This document shows positions 36,453-45,998 of a stretch of DNA of 60,833 bases, in pieces. A program made the position numbers and the translations under genes. The stretch's first letter is position 1; each line of letters opens with the position of its first letter. Source of the DNA: Spirochaetes bacterium RBG_13_51_14 (GTDB taxonomy: Bacteria > Spirochaetota > UBA4802 > UBA5550). The DNA lies in assembly GCA_001829455.1 (NCBI GenBank), contig MIBH01000062.1, positions 1 to 60,833 of the forward strand. Direction: 5' to 3'. The notes under the pieces were generated by a model. The model was given only the letters and a program-made list of their open reading frames with translations, was not told the DNA's origin and did not search any database.

Positions 36453-38142
36453 TGCGTACCATTTCTTCAGCGTGTTTGAGTGACAAGTCGGTGACGGTTT
36501 CCCCCGCCAGCATCCGCGCGATTTCTTTAATTTTCTCCCTCTGGTTGAGCTGTTTTACCAGGGTGGTAATCCGCTCGCCGGTTTTACCCTTCAGGACAGA
36601 AAAATGATTATCGGACATGGCTGCTATCTGCGGCAGGTGGGGAACAACGAGAACCTGCCTGTCCTTGGCGAGGGATTTCAGCTTTCTGCCAACTATATCG
36701 GCGCCCTTGCCGCCGATTCCCGCGTCAACCTCGTCGAACACCAGGCTCTCCACGATATCGGCGGACAGGATGACATTCTTGATGGCCAGCATGAAGCGGG
36801 ACATTTCGCCGCCGGACGCAACCTTGCGGAGCTGGCGAAGGTCTTCGCCAACATTTGCCGACAGGAGGAATTCGATCCGATCGAGGCCGTGAGGATAGAG
36901 CATGTACCGCTTATTGTCCGCCTCGATTTCACCCTGGGGGTTGATCTCGCGCTGGATGGATACCCTGAAGACCGTGCCGGACATGCCCAGATCGGCAAGC
37001 TCCTTCATAACCCGGGTTTCGAGAAGCTGGGCCACCTCTTTACGCCGTTCGGAAAGTTTGAGGGCGATATCCTTGGCTTCTCTCACCGCCTGTATATATT
37101 CTTTCTTCAGCCGCTCCCGCTCCTCCTCACCGGAGGTTATAGTGTCCATTTCCCTGCGCGCCTTTTCAGCGTAAATTATGATTTCCGGTATGGAATCGCC
37201 ATATTTTTTTTTCAGGCTTGATATAAGCGACAGGCGCTCCTCCACCTGGTTGATCCGTTCCGGCGAGAAGTCGATGTTCTTCTCATAGTCGCGCAGATAG
37301 GCGGAAGCGTCCTCCAGCGAATAGAGCGCCTGCTTGATCGAGTCGAGGATGCCGGCGATCTCCGGGTCGTATTCGGAAATCTTCGAGAGGCTCTGCTCCG
37401 AAATCTTCAGCTTCTGCACGATACCGCCGTCGCCGCTCATCAGCTGCGAGGATGTCTTGATTTCTTTGAAGAGCTTTTCAGAGTTGGCCAGGAGGGTCGA
37501 TTCGCTTTTCAGCTCCTCGTCCTCGCCGACTCGCAAGCCGGCGACCTCAATCTCACGGATCGCGAATGAGTTAAACTCGATGCGGCGTGCCTTTTCATGC
37601 TCGTCTATCTCGAATGAATTGAGCCGATCTTTCAGATTCTGGAGCCGCTCGTGGATCGCGCGCACCCTGCTTACGTCTCCCTCGCAACCGCCGAAGCTGT
37701 CCAGCAGCTCGCGGTGCCGGGACACCTTCACTATGTTCTGGTGTTCGTTCTGGCCGTGGATGTCGATCAGGTACTCGGAGATTTCCTTGAGCTTTGCAGC
37801 CGGTATCTGCACGGCATTGGCGAATGACCTGCCTTTGCCGCTGGAATAGAGCTCCCGGCGGAGTATGAGGGTGTCGTCGTCGCAGTCGATGCCGGACCCC
37901 TCCAGCATCTGTTTCACCTGCGCCGCCCCGGAGATGTCGAAGCTCGCCTCGAGTGTCGATTTCTCGAATCCGGTCCTGATCATGTCCGTCGTCATCTTTT
38001 CGCCCAGGACGCCGGAGAGCGCGTCGATGAGGATCGATTTCCCGGCTCCAGTTTCGCCGGTAAGGATATTGAGCCCCTTGCCGAAAGAGATGGCGAGGTC
38101 CTCGATGATAACGAAATTCTTTATTTTGAGCTCGCAGAGCAT
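36421..38142 (-). CDS. recN: DNA repair protein RecN
   Basis: MLCELKIKNFVIIEDL...LTGETGAGKSILIDAL Walker A, a long coiled-coil, and C-terminal signature/Walker B LVFDEVDAGIGG. ATG at 38142; ORF-track start is TTG. Confidence 0.92.
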   Translation of the reverse strand: MLCELKIKNFVIIEDLAISFGKGLNILTGETGAGKSILIDALSGVLGEKMTTDMIRTGFEKSTLEASFDISGAAQVKQMLEGSGIDCDDDTLILRRELYSSGKGRSFANAVQIPAAKLKEISEYLIDIHGQNEHQNIVKVSRHRELLDSFGGCEGDVSRVRAIHERLQNLKDRLNSFEIDEHEKARRIEFNSFAIREIEVAGLRVGEDEELKSESTLLANSEKLFKEIKTSSQLMSGDGGIVQKLKISEQSLSKISEYDPEIAGILDSIKQALYSLEDASAYLRDYEKNIDFSPERINQVEERLSLISSLKKKYGDSIPEIIIYAEKARREMDTITSGEEERERLKKEYIQAVREAKDIALKLSERRKEVAQLLETRVMKELADLGMSGTVFRVSIQREINPQGEIEADNKRYMLYPHGLDRIEFLLSANVGEDLRQLRKVASGGEMSRFMLAIKNVILSADIVESLVFDEVDAGIGGKGADIVGRKLKSLAKDRQVLVVPHLPQIAAMSDNHFSVLKGKTGERITTLVKQLNQREKIKEIARMLAGETVTDLSLKHAEEMVRNAEKIGAAGR

Positions 38143-38162
38143 GGTTTCCGTCCCGGTTTCGT

Positions 38163-39023
38163 TTATCCCCAACCCAGCTTTTCACGCAGTATAGCGTAGT
38201 AGTTTTTTTCAGGATGCGTTATCAGGCTGATGTTTTTATTCGACTGGCGGATCACAATCTCGTCATTTCCCTCGAGTTCAATTACCTCTTGACCGTCAAT
38301 TGTCAATAATAAATTTGCACCGTCCATAATGACCCGAACCCGGAAATCTGAGGATGCCGGTATTATCATGGGGCGCATGGCCAGACTGTGGGGGCATATG
38401 GGGCTGAGCAGAAAGATACTAGCTTCAGAGGGGGTGATGATTGGGCCGCCGGCCGACAGGGAATAGGCGGTGGAGCCGGTCGGCGTTGATATGATGAGAC
38501 CGTCTCCCGTGTAGGAGCTCAGGAAATTGCCGTCTATTTTCATCTCCAGGCGAATGGGGCGCGTGAATGAGCCCTTGTGGACAACCGTATCGTTGAGAAA
38601 GCACCGGCTCGTCACCTCCTGCCGGTTGCGGTAGAGCGCTGCCTCCAGGACAAGACGCTCGACAGCGGTATAGTTTCCCCGGATCACCTGTTTGAGAAAA
38701 GGGGTGTATTCATCCGGGCCGAATTCGGTAAGGAATCCGAGCCTGCCCTTGTTGATTCCGAATATCGGCTTGCCGGTGCCGCAGAAGAGACGCGCGGTTC
38801 GGAGAAAGGTGCCGTCGCCGCCGATGACGATTATGAGATCAGCCGAGCGGACGAATTCTTCATCCGGCACAGCATACCGCCTGCTTTCGTCGCCCCGGAT
38901 GATGTCGTAATCAGGGAGAAGTATTCTCATTTTTTCCTTCTCTAAAAAGCTGATCAGGTTACGCAAATGCGGCATGCAGCTCGTATCATCTGGTCTCATA
39001 TTTATAGAAACAGTCCGTATCAT
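38163..39023 (-). CDS. nadK: NAD kinase
   Basis: IVIGGDGTFLR motif, NadK-like length, and conserved nadK-recN order. Confidence 0.9.
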   Translation of the reverse strand: MIRTVSINMRPDDTSCMPHLRNLISFLEKEKMRILLPDYDIIRGDESRRYAVPDEEFVRSADLIIVIGGDGTFLRTARLFCGTGKPIFGINKGRLGFLTEFGPDEYTPFLKQVIRGNYTAVERLVLEAALYRNRQEVTSRCFLNDTVVHKGSFTRPIRLEMKIDGNFLSSYTGDGLIISTPTGSTAYSLSAGGPIITPSEASIFLLSPICPHSLAMRPMIIPASSDFRVRVIMDGANLLLTIDGQEVIELEGNDEIVIRQSNKNISLITHPEKNYYAILREKLGWG

Positions 39024-39154
39024 GGCCGAATTCCTTTATCGGGGCTACAGTACACGGTTTTAACGATGCAAGTCAATTAAAAAAGAGTATTTGCACCAGT
39101 CCGAGGCCGTCTTGTGATTAATACGGTTTGGATGTTTTGAAATAAAAAAAATTG

Positions 39155-39292
39155 AATAATATACCTGTTGCTAACTGAAATAATAATTAAATATTTACCC
39201 CCCTGCCGCCTGTGACGGGGGGAGGGTAAATACCAATCGTTATTTCAATACGCAACAAGTCTATTATTAACCTCCGGGTAGGTATTATATCA
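39155..39292. repeat. Long imperfect palindrome with C6/G6 core hairpin in the nadK/Hpt divergent intergenic region
   Basis: Core is TTTACCCCCC-TGCCGCCTGTGAC-GGGGGGAGGGTAAA (39194-39230). It is flanked by CTGTTGCTAACTGAAATAA / TTATTTCAATACGCAACAAG and ATATACCT / AGGTATTA arms. Confidence 0.6.
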
Positions 39293-39300
39293 ATTAAATC

Positions 39301-39329
39301 TTGACATTTAACGTTCGAGAATGATTATA
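39301..39329 (+). promoter_or_regulatory. Candidate sigma70-type promoter for the Hpt gene
   Basis: TTGACA (39301-39306), a 17-nt spacer, then ATTATA (39324-39329). Confidence 0.4.
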
Positions 39330-39405
39330 ACAGCATGACTGACCGCGCGTCCAGGGAAAGGAAACGCGCCACAATTGGTTGATGCAGAAAGGAAGGGGGG
39401 ATTGA

Positions 39406-39762
39406 ATGAAGATTGAAGACTATATAAATAGAAAGGCTCTGAGAGAGCGTCTGGAAGGTGATTTCAATCTTTTTAAAGAATTGGCGCAGCTGTTCATCAG
39501 TGATTCGCCGAAACTCGTCTCAGCCGTAGAAAATGCAATCGGAAGCAAAAACAGTGAAAAGATAGGCAAGACAGCCCACACGATAAAAGGAGCTATTGCG
39601 AATTTCTCCGCTGAAAAGGCCTACAACGCAGCCCTCGATCTGGAAAAGATCGGAAAAAACAGCGAGTTCGATAAAATGGAAAGGGCGTTTCAAAGCCTTC
39701 AACTGGAAATAGAGAACATGAGGGAGGCCTTAAAGCTGCTCATAGAAGAAAATAATCTGTAG
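39406..39762 (+). CDS. Stand-alone histidine phosphotransfer (Hpt) domain protein
   Basis: 118 aa with the HTIKGAIANF phospho-accepting His motif. Confidence 0.8.
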   Translation: MKIEDYINRKALRERLEGDFNLFKELAQLFISDSPKLVSAVENAIGSKNSEKIGKTAHTIKGAIANFSAEKAYNAALDLEKIGKNSEFDKMERAFQSLQLEIENMREALKLLIEENNL

Positions 39763-39784
39763 AAAGTGTCTCCGGACCGCTACG

Positions 39785-41971
39785 TTATTCTTTTTTTCGA
39801 ATTGACCTGCCGAGTGCATAGATACCGCCGCATGCAATGATTATTGTTCCGAGCCAAACCAGCCATATGAGTCTTTTTTTAGTGACCGTGACAAGAACGG
39901 TATCGGGAGGGATGATCGTGTTTTTACCCGGGGTGATATTCAGAAAAATTCTTTTGCTCGTTGCGTCAATTTCGCGGAGCGATACCGAACGGTCCGTGCC
40001 CGGAATAATTGTATCGAGAAAGAGCGGGCTTTTCCGGGAGAATTTTATCCCGGGCGACAGCGCCATGCCGTTGACCATCAGGTCGGCATAGGTGGACGGC
40101 TCTCCTGACGTCATATGCTCCGTCCTGAATCCCATGAAGCGGATTCTGATACCGCCGATTACCTTCTCTTCTCCCTTCTCGAGCAGCATGGTGGTCGCCG
40201 TATCCCTTCCGGATTCATACTGCTCCGGAGCGATATAAGTGTCATGCATGAACCCGGCGATAATATACGGCTCCTTGTAGATTGATTCCATTTTCTCATC
40301 AAAATAATACGGCGTCTCAACGAGGGATGTTGTCGAACCGTCCCTGACCGCAAACCGCATGGAAGATTTCCTTCCTTCCTTAAAACCCTTGAAGGTGATG
40401 CGTATTGATTCTATATCGTATTCCCTGTCCTGTATGAGTTTCTTCTGCGCGGCCGTGGCATGAAAATTCGAGGTGATGATTCCCAGCACCAGCACTCCCA
40501 CGCCGATGTGGGTGATGCGGGATGGAAGGGATGCGCGAAGTTTTGTTTTCCACAGATCGACGCCGGCGCGGACGATGAGGAAGAATGAGAGGATGGAGAA
40601 TATATACGCAAAGGGGCTCCGGGTGAATCCGGCGTTGATGAGAACACCAAGAAATATGGATGCTATGGCGGCCCCGATAGACTCTTTTGCAAGCAGTTCT
40701 TTCCGCCTGGTTATGCTCATCGTTGTTGAGAGAAACATCAGCGTGAGCATCAACATCCCAAAAGGCTTGGAGAAATTATTATAAAACGCCTCGGTTACGT
40801 TTGCCGGACGTTGCATGAATATCCGCGTTATCAAAGGCATCGAGGTTCCCGTTGCTATGATCAATGCATAGAAAGCCAGCACGATAATGCCGTATACCGT
40901 CAGGGTCTTCGGGTCGAGGATCGGCCCGTGGAGCGTCGCGCCGGCAATGGTTCGGTATCTCATGATGAACAACGCCGCGGATCCAATTGCGAAGACCATG
41001 AGGAAGGCAAAAAGAAATGCGGCAACGTCGGAAGCGGCAAAGGAGTGAACGGAAAAATTCGACAGAACGCCGCTTCGCGTGAGCCAGGTGCTGTACAAGA
41101 TCGATATGAAATAGATAATCGCGAGAAACAGGTTTGTCCTGACGAGCGCGGCATGCCTGCGCTGTATGAGAAATCCGTGCACCAGGGCCAGGGCCGCGAC
41201 CCACGGTATGAGCGATGAATTCTCAACCGGATCCCATCCCCAGTAGCCGCCCCAGCCCAGGACCGTATAGGCCCAGTATCCCCCGAGAAATATGCCGATG
41301 CCGAGCGAGACCATGCTGAAGAGAAGCCATGGGTAAGCGGCTTTGATCCACTCCCGGTACTCTTTTTTCACGAGCGCCGCGATCGCATGGCCGAAGGGAA
41401 CAGCGGATGAAGCGTAGCCGAGAAAGAGGACCGGCGGGTGAACCACCATCCAGGGGTCCCTGAGCAGCGGATTCATACCGGCCCCGTCACCGGGGAAGAG
41501 CCCGGGGCTGAAACTGTCCGGATACTTTTCCCATATATGGAGAAAGGGGCTTTCGACGATAAGAATGACCAGTATACAGATCTGGGCCAGCAGAATGACG
41601 GACGTGACGATGGACGCTGTCTTTTCATTCCTGTGTATGATGATGATCCCGAAGGCGTTGAGGAAGAAGAGCCAGAGGAGGAAACTTCCCTCTTTTCCCG
41701 CCCATACGGCGGCGATACGGTAGATGAGCGGCAGATCGCGTGAGGAATTGCCGTACACGTAGACGAACCGGTAGTCGAATGTGATAAAATAATACAGAAG
41801 AATGAGTATCGATGCGAATATACCCAGGCTGGCAAGCAGGTACAGGATTCGCGACGGAATGATAAAGGTTTCCCTGCCCGACGCTGTTGCAATGGCGAAG
41901 GCGAGTGCCACGAGGGAAAAAAGGAACGATACGAGAATGAATGTGTTCCCCCAGTTAATGCCGATGTTCAT
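39785..41971 (-). CDS. ccmF: Cytochrome c-type biogenesis protein CcmF (heme lyase component)
   Basis: Polytopic membrane protein with WWD motif WGGYWGWDPVENSSLIPW; 728 aa. Confidence 0.9.
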   Translation of the reverse strand: MNIGINWGNTFILVSFLFSLVALAFAIATASGRETFIIPSRILYLLASLGIFASILILLYYFITFDYRFVYVYGNSSRDLPLIYRIAAVWAGKEGSFLLWLFFLNAFGIIIIHRNEKTASIVTSVILLAQICILVILIVESPFLHIWEKYPDSFSPGLFPGDGAGMNPLLRDPWMVVHPPVLFLGYASSAVPFGHAIAALVKKEYREWIKAAYPWLLFSMVSLGIGIFLGGYWAYTVLGWGGYWGWDPVENSSLIPWVAALALVHGFLIQRRHAALVRTNLFLAIIYFISILYSTWLTRSGVLSNFSVHSFAASDVAAFLFAFLMVFAIGSAALFIMRYRTIAGATLHGPILDPKTLTVYGIIVLAFYALIIATGTSMPLITRIFMQRPANVTEAFYNNFSKPFGMLMLTLMFLSTTMSITRRKELLAKESIGAAIASIFLGVLINAGFTRSPFAYIFSILSFFLIVRAGVDLWKTKLRASLPSRITHIGVGVLVLGIITSNFHATAAQKKLIQDREYDIESIRITFKGFKEGRKSSMRFAVRDGSTTSLVETPYYFDEKMESIYKEPYIIAGFMHDTYIAPEQYESGRDTATTMLLEKGEEKVIGGIRIRFMGFRTEHMTSGEPSTYADLMVNGMALSPGIKFSRKSPLFLDTIIPGTDRSVSLREIDATSKRIFLNITPGKNTIIPPDTVLVTVTKKRLIWLVWLGTIIIACGGIYALGRSIRKKE

Positions 41972-41972
41972 G

Positions 41973-42347
41973 CTATTGTTTTCTCCTGTATTTTGACGGA
42001 CATTTGACCAGGATCCTGTCTGCTTCGAAGATATCTACGTCAGGCCTGTATTTACCGAGAAGAACGATCTGCTCGGTGTGCTCGAAATTCTGGGGTTTGG
42101 TCCCCCGATGGAGCACCTTCATTTTTGACCCGTCTTTATCGGTAACCGTAAAGGTAAACCCGCCTTCCCGATGAACGACCGGAACGGTCTTGTCCAGATT
42201 GCCGATGACCTGCACGTACTTCCCGCCGCCCGCTTTGGCCTCCGTGAATGGAACATAGGGAGACAGGATATTCTCGCTCAGTGAGAATATCGCGACCACC
42301 AGCAAAGCCAGTCCCACAATGAATATAATTACATTTCGGTGCTTCAT
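41973..42347 (-). CDS. ccmE: Heme chaperone CcmE, CxxxY variant
   Basis: N-terminal TM anchor and OB-fold-like body. C-terminal VKCPSKY replaces the canonical HxxxY heme-binding motif. Confidence 0.85.
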   Translation of the reverse strand: MKHRNVIIFIVGLALLVVAIFSLSENILSPYVPFTEAKAGGGKYVQVIGNLDKTVPVVHREGGFTFTVTDKDGSKMKVLHRGTKPQNFEHTEQIVLLGKYRPDVDIFEADRILVKCPSKYRRKQ

Positions 42348-42369
42348 TGCCGTCAGTCTATCGTCATCA

Positions 42370-42702
42370 TCATTTTAAATTGGTTATTTCCTTTTCCAGC
42401 TTAGATACCTTGCGGTCAAGCCTGAAAAGAAAAATGGCCAGGCCTGTCCAGATCACCAGGACAACGCCAGTTACCCGGTAGAGAGTTTTCGATGTATCGG
42501 CGGCCGGCTCTTCTTTTTCAGGAGGGGCGCTTTTCCCGGTCTGTTGGGGTGCCGGGTCATTCCCGCGGGCATCTGAAATAACGTTGCCGGCGCAAACCCG
42601 CGCGCCGTCAGGCAGAACAACAATAACTGCCGCGGCGGAGATAATGCAGAATGCCGCGATCATACAAGCGATTCTAATCAGCCGCATGAGGGTGTTCTCC
42701 AA
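42370..42702 (-). CDS. Small membrane protein in the ccmD position (atypically long, two hydrophobic segments)
   Basis: C-terminal VTGVVLVIWTGLAIFLFRL helix is CcmD-like. The extra N-terminal helix and P/A/E-rich linker are not. The start is uncertain (overlaps the ccmC end). Confidence 0.4.
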   Translation of the reverse strand: MENTLMRLIRIACMIAAFCIISAAAVIVVLPDGARVCAGNVISDARGNDPAPQQTGKSAPPEKEEPAADTSKTLYRVTGVVLVIWTGLAIFLFRLDRKVSKLEKEITNLK

Positions 42703-43360
42703 TTCTATGTTTCAATACCATAATCCGGTTCATCAGATTGAAGAGGTACACGTAGAGAACGCTGAATGAAATAAGAGCAGTCAGCAGGGTGATCCACATT
42801 TGATCGTCCATGTAAATTGTCCGGTTGACATTGATGATGGTTTCGGGATGCAGCGACCACACGATGCGCGGAATTAAAAACACGAAAAAAGGGAGTGTCG
42901 CCATTGCAACGATCAAATAGGAAGATCCGATTTTTCCCCTGCTGCTCTTTCCAGCCAGGGCTGCCTGGAGGCAGAAATAGGCGATATAAATTAGGAGAAT
43001 AAATACGATGGAGGTCTCACGGGGGTCCCAGTTCCAGAACGAGCCCCAGCTCAGTTTTGCCCAGATCGATCCTGTCATGACGGTACAAACAGTAAACGCG
43101 AGCCCGATCGCTGCTGAATTGAAAGACTTGCCGTCAAGCCCGCTGAATCTGTTTTTTTTATCCAGCAAAAATATGACCGACAGGATGCCGGAAACCACAA
43201 AGGCGAGCACCGATACCCATGCAAGGGGAACGTGGAAATATATTATTCTGCTGTAATCGCCCAACAATTCCGCGGGCGGCGCCCAGAGGAAAGCCATCAC
43301 AATGGTTACGGGCATCAGGACATATACGCTCTTCATGGCGATATTAATAACATGTTTCAT
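42674..43360 (-). CDS. ccmC: Heme exporter protein CcmC
   Basis: WWD motif WGSFWNWDPRETS; six hydrophobic segments. Confidence 0.9.
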   Translation of the reverse strand: MKHVINIAMKSVYVLMPVTIVMAFLWAPPAELLGDYSRIIYFHVPLAWVSVLAFVVSGILSVIFLLDKKNRFSGLDGKSFNSAAIGLAFTVCTVMTGSIWAKLSWGSFWNWDPRETSIVFILLIYIAYFCLQAALAGKSSRGKIGSSYLIVAMATLPFFVFLIPRIVWSLHPETIINVNRTIYMDDQMWITLLTALISFSVLYVYLFNLMNRIMVLKHRIGEHPHAAD

Positions 43361-43452
43361 TCACGAGCAACCCGTTGATTGTTGATTTCACCCAAACTTT
43401 TCTGCGGGATAAGTCCGGAAGCTCGATGGTACGCCGGACCCATGATCCTCTC

Positions 43453-44154
43453 CTAATTTTCTAGCCAGATGAACCTGAACAGCAGAATGGATATAGCTGT
43501 TATGAAACCGGAAAAAGCAAGCAAAAAAATTACGGTTCCGCTTTCAGGCCGCGCCTCGTTCAGCGCGCCGGCGGTGGAGGAGATGGAGATCCATAACACC
43601 GGCAGGAGAATGGGGAACGAGATGATCGTAAACAGCGATCCCTTTCCACCCGCTTTTGCCGCCATGGCTGCCAGCGGGGTGGTCGACGCCGCAATAGAAA
43701 ATCCGCCGGCTATAACGGACATAATGAAATGGAGCACGTGAATGACATCCACCCCGACGAAAAACACGAAAAGCGGCGTTACCACCGTACCGATGATCAT
43801 CATGAATATCTGGTTGAATATGAATTTGGATATGTAGATTGAGTCTGCCGAACGGGTAATACGCAGGAACAGAGAGGTCCCCTGGTCTTCCTCTCGCACG
43901 AAGATATGCGCAAGGCCGTTCATCGCGCTGAAGAATAGTACCACCCAGAGCAGGATCGATTGCACCTTGACCGGGAAGGGAGCCCCGCCGGCTGTGAGGC
44001 TTATCGAGATGGTAACGATACCGGCGAAGGAAACCGCAATGTTTACGGCAAAGCGGCTCCTGAATTCAACGCGGAAGTCTTTTTGGAGATTTCGCAGGAT
44101 ATCCCTAACCAAGACGGATCCCTCCTCCGCAGAGTTTTTCTTCGCCAGGCTCAT
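43453..44154 (-). CDS. ccmB: Heme exporter permease CcmB
   Basis: Polytopic membrane protein between ccmA and ccmC; the ORF overlaps the ccmA end by 50 nt, so the start is uncertain. Confidence 0.75.
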   Translation of the reverse strand: MSLAKKNSAEEGSVLVRDILRNLQKDFRVEFRSRFAVNIAVSFAGIVTISISLTAGGAPFPVKVQSILLWVVLFFSAMNGLAHIFVREEDQGTSLFLRITRSADSIYISKFIFNQIFMMIIGTVVTPLFVFFVGVDVIHVLHFIMSVIAGGFSIAASTTPLAAMAAKAGGKGSLFTIISFPILLPVLWISISSTAGALNEARPESGTVIFLLAFSGFITAISILLFRFIWLEN

Positions 44155-44719
44155 TCGTGGCGAGGACGATGATTTTTTGCTTCCGCGCTAAATCAAGGAA
44201 TGAGGAGAGCGCTTCCCTGCCTCCGGCGTCCAGGTTCGTCCCCGGCTCGTCCAGAATAAGGACCGGGGGATCATTCAGCACCGCGAGGATCAGCCTGAGG
44301 CGCTGCTTCATGCCGGACGAGTAATGCTTCACCAATTTGTCCCGGTGTTGCGTGAGGTTGAACTGACGCAGGAGGGAATCAAGCCGGGACGCGTAGTTTC
44401 CGCTTTTCAGAACAAATTGTATATTCTCCAGCCCGGTCAGATCGTCGTAGGGATTAACGAGGGGGCCGGTATATCCGATATGATTCATCCAGTCGCAGGG
44501 GGGGATGTCGGCAGCCGCAGCGAGGGACACCGCGCCCCCCGTGGGATTCATGATACCCGCCAGAATTTTGAGCAGGGTGGATTTCCCTGAACCGTTCGGG
44601 CCGGTGACGCACAGGGATCCGCCGGTCTCGACAGAGAAGCTGATGCTCTTGAAAAGAAGAGTGCTGTTGAACTTCTTGGCAAGATCCTGCACCCGTAGGG
44701 TGTATCGAATGCCGCTCAT
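44105..44719 (-). CDS. ccmA: Heme exporter ATP-binding protein CcmA
   Basis: Walker A GPNGSGKSTLLK, signature SSGMKQRL, Walker B LILDEP. Confidence 0.88.
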   Translation of the reverse strand: MSGIRYTLRVQDLAKKFNSTLLFKSISFSVETGGSLCVTGPNGSGKSTLLKILAGIMNPTGGAVSLAAAADIPPCDWMNHIGYTGPLVNPYDDLTGLENIQFVLKSGNYASRLDSLLRQFNLTQHRDKLVKHYSSGMKQRLRLILAVLNDPPVLILDEPGTNLDAGGREALSSFLDLARKQKIIVLATNEPGEEKLCGGGIRLG

Positions 44720-44735
44720 GGTGATTCTGTGATGC

Positions 44736-45998
44736 TTACTTGCCGTTCAGCAATCTCGCCTCGAGGATGACTTTGTTGGGAAAGTTTTCCGGAATATCGA
44801 TCTGGAACCCCAGCTTTTCCGATTTGGCTTTCAGTTCGTCGATGAATTCATTGGTGGTGCCGGCGAAATACACCTCTATTCTCGCGGCTCTCCCGATCCG
44901 GCCCTTGTCCAGCACCTGCTGGACCCCCCTGATCCTGTTTTCAACCTCGTTCCTGAATTTTTTCAGGCCGTTGTAGTCAAGTCCGGTGATGAGAATGTTT
45001 ATCTGCCGGTGGGTCGCCGATTCAACGAATTTCTTCATGATGGTATCTATGAATGTGCCCGGAGCGTTCTTATCGCTTCCCAGGGCGTCTTTTCTTTTCA
45101 GCGCATTTTCAACCGCTTTTTTCGAAGCCACCTGAGGACTGATATCCACGCCGCCCGCCTCGACGACCTTAGTCGCGAGTATCCTTGCCGAATAGACATC
45201 CACGGCTTTGAGCGTCACGCTCGCGCGTTTGGATTTCATATTGGTAGTGCCGAACTGGCTTTCAAGAACATGCGTCTGGTCATCGGTCAGCGCGACGCCG
45301 AATATCACAACCTCGGCGCCGACCGAGTTCAACAATAACTGCTGGACGTCTTCGCTGATGCTCCCGGACATCGCCTTCTGCATTTTCGCCCGCTCGGTTT
45401 TCATGAGCTCACGGGTGGTTTGCGCGTCGACAAATTCAAAACCGAGATTGCCCATGAGGTCCTGCATGATGATTTCAGTGGCGGTGTATCCGGGCATGCT
45501 CTGCCGTCCCTCGAACGATTCATTGACCAGAACGATGAATTTTGGCCTGCCATAACGGTTCAGCGCGTCCCTGATGGCGTCTTCAATCACGGCCGGCTCA
45601 ACAGTGCCTTCCAGTTCCACCGTGTACATCTCGGCGTCCGATTTTTCTTTGATGATGGTCTCATTCTTCACCAGTCCGTATGATTTCGCCTCAACTATCA
45701 TTTTGACGAGCTCAAAGTCCCTCATGATACTCTGCCCGGAGACGGTTGTGCCGAGAATCTTCTCGACCAGCTTGTTTCGCGCGTCATTGATTGCGCGGTC
45801 CCGGGCAAGGGCTTTATCGTTATCGAATATCGCGGCAACCCCCTCGGCGCGGCCCCTGTTCGGCGCTTTTTCATTATATTTTTCATCAAGGGAAAAGCCG
45901 TCGGCGTTTTTATCAGAATCTTTTATGTTTTTCCCCCCGCCGCAGGAAACGATGCCGACGAGCAGCATCACGCTGAAAACAACAATTATCTTTTTCAT
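44736..45998 (-). CDS. Hypothetical lipoprotein, first gene of the ccm transcription unit
   Basis: Lipobox LLVGIVSC. 420 aa with no CxxC or other redox motif. It ends 16 nt before the ccmA start. Confidence 0.6.
   Translation of the reverse strand: MKKIIVVFSVMLLVGIVSCGGGKNIKDSDKNADGFSLDEKYNEKAPNRGRAEGVAAIFDNDKALARDRAINDARNKLVEKILGTTVSGQSIMRDFELVKMIVEAKSYGLVKNETIIKEKSDAEMYTVELEGTVEPAVIEDAIRDALNRYGRPKFIVLVNESFEGRQSMPGYTATEIIMQDLMGNLGFEFVDAQTTRELMKTERAKMQKAMSGSISEDVQQLLLNSVGAEVVIFGVALTDDQTHVLESQFGTTNMKSKRASVTLKAVDVYSARILATKVVEAGGVDISPQVASKKAVENALKRKDALGSDKNAPGTFIDTIMKKFVESATHRQINILITGLDYNGLKKFRNEVENRIRGVQQVLDKGRIGRAARIEVYFAGTTNEFIDELKAKSEKLGFQIDIPENFPNKVILEARLLNGK

Noticed and set aside
36604-38194. 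Multiple 90-205-aa ORFs in other frames of recN
   Set aside because: recN is intact with Walker A/B and signature motifs. The other ORFs are frame artefacts.
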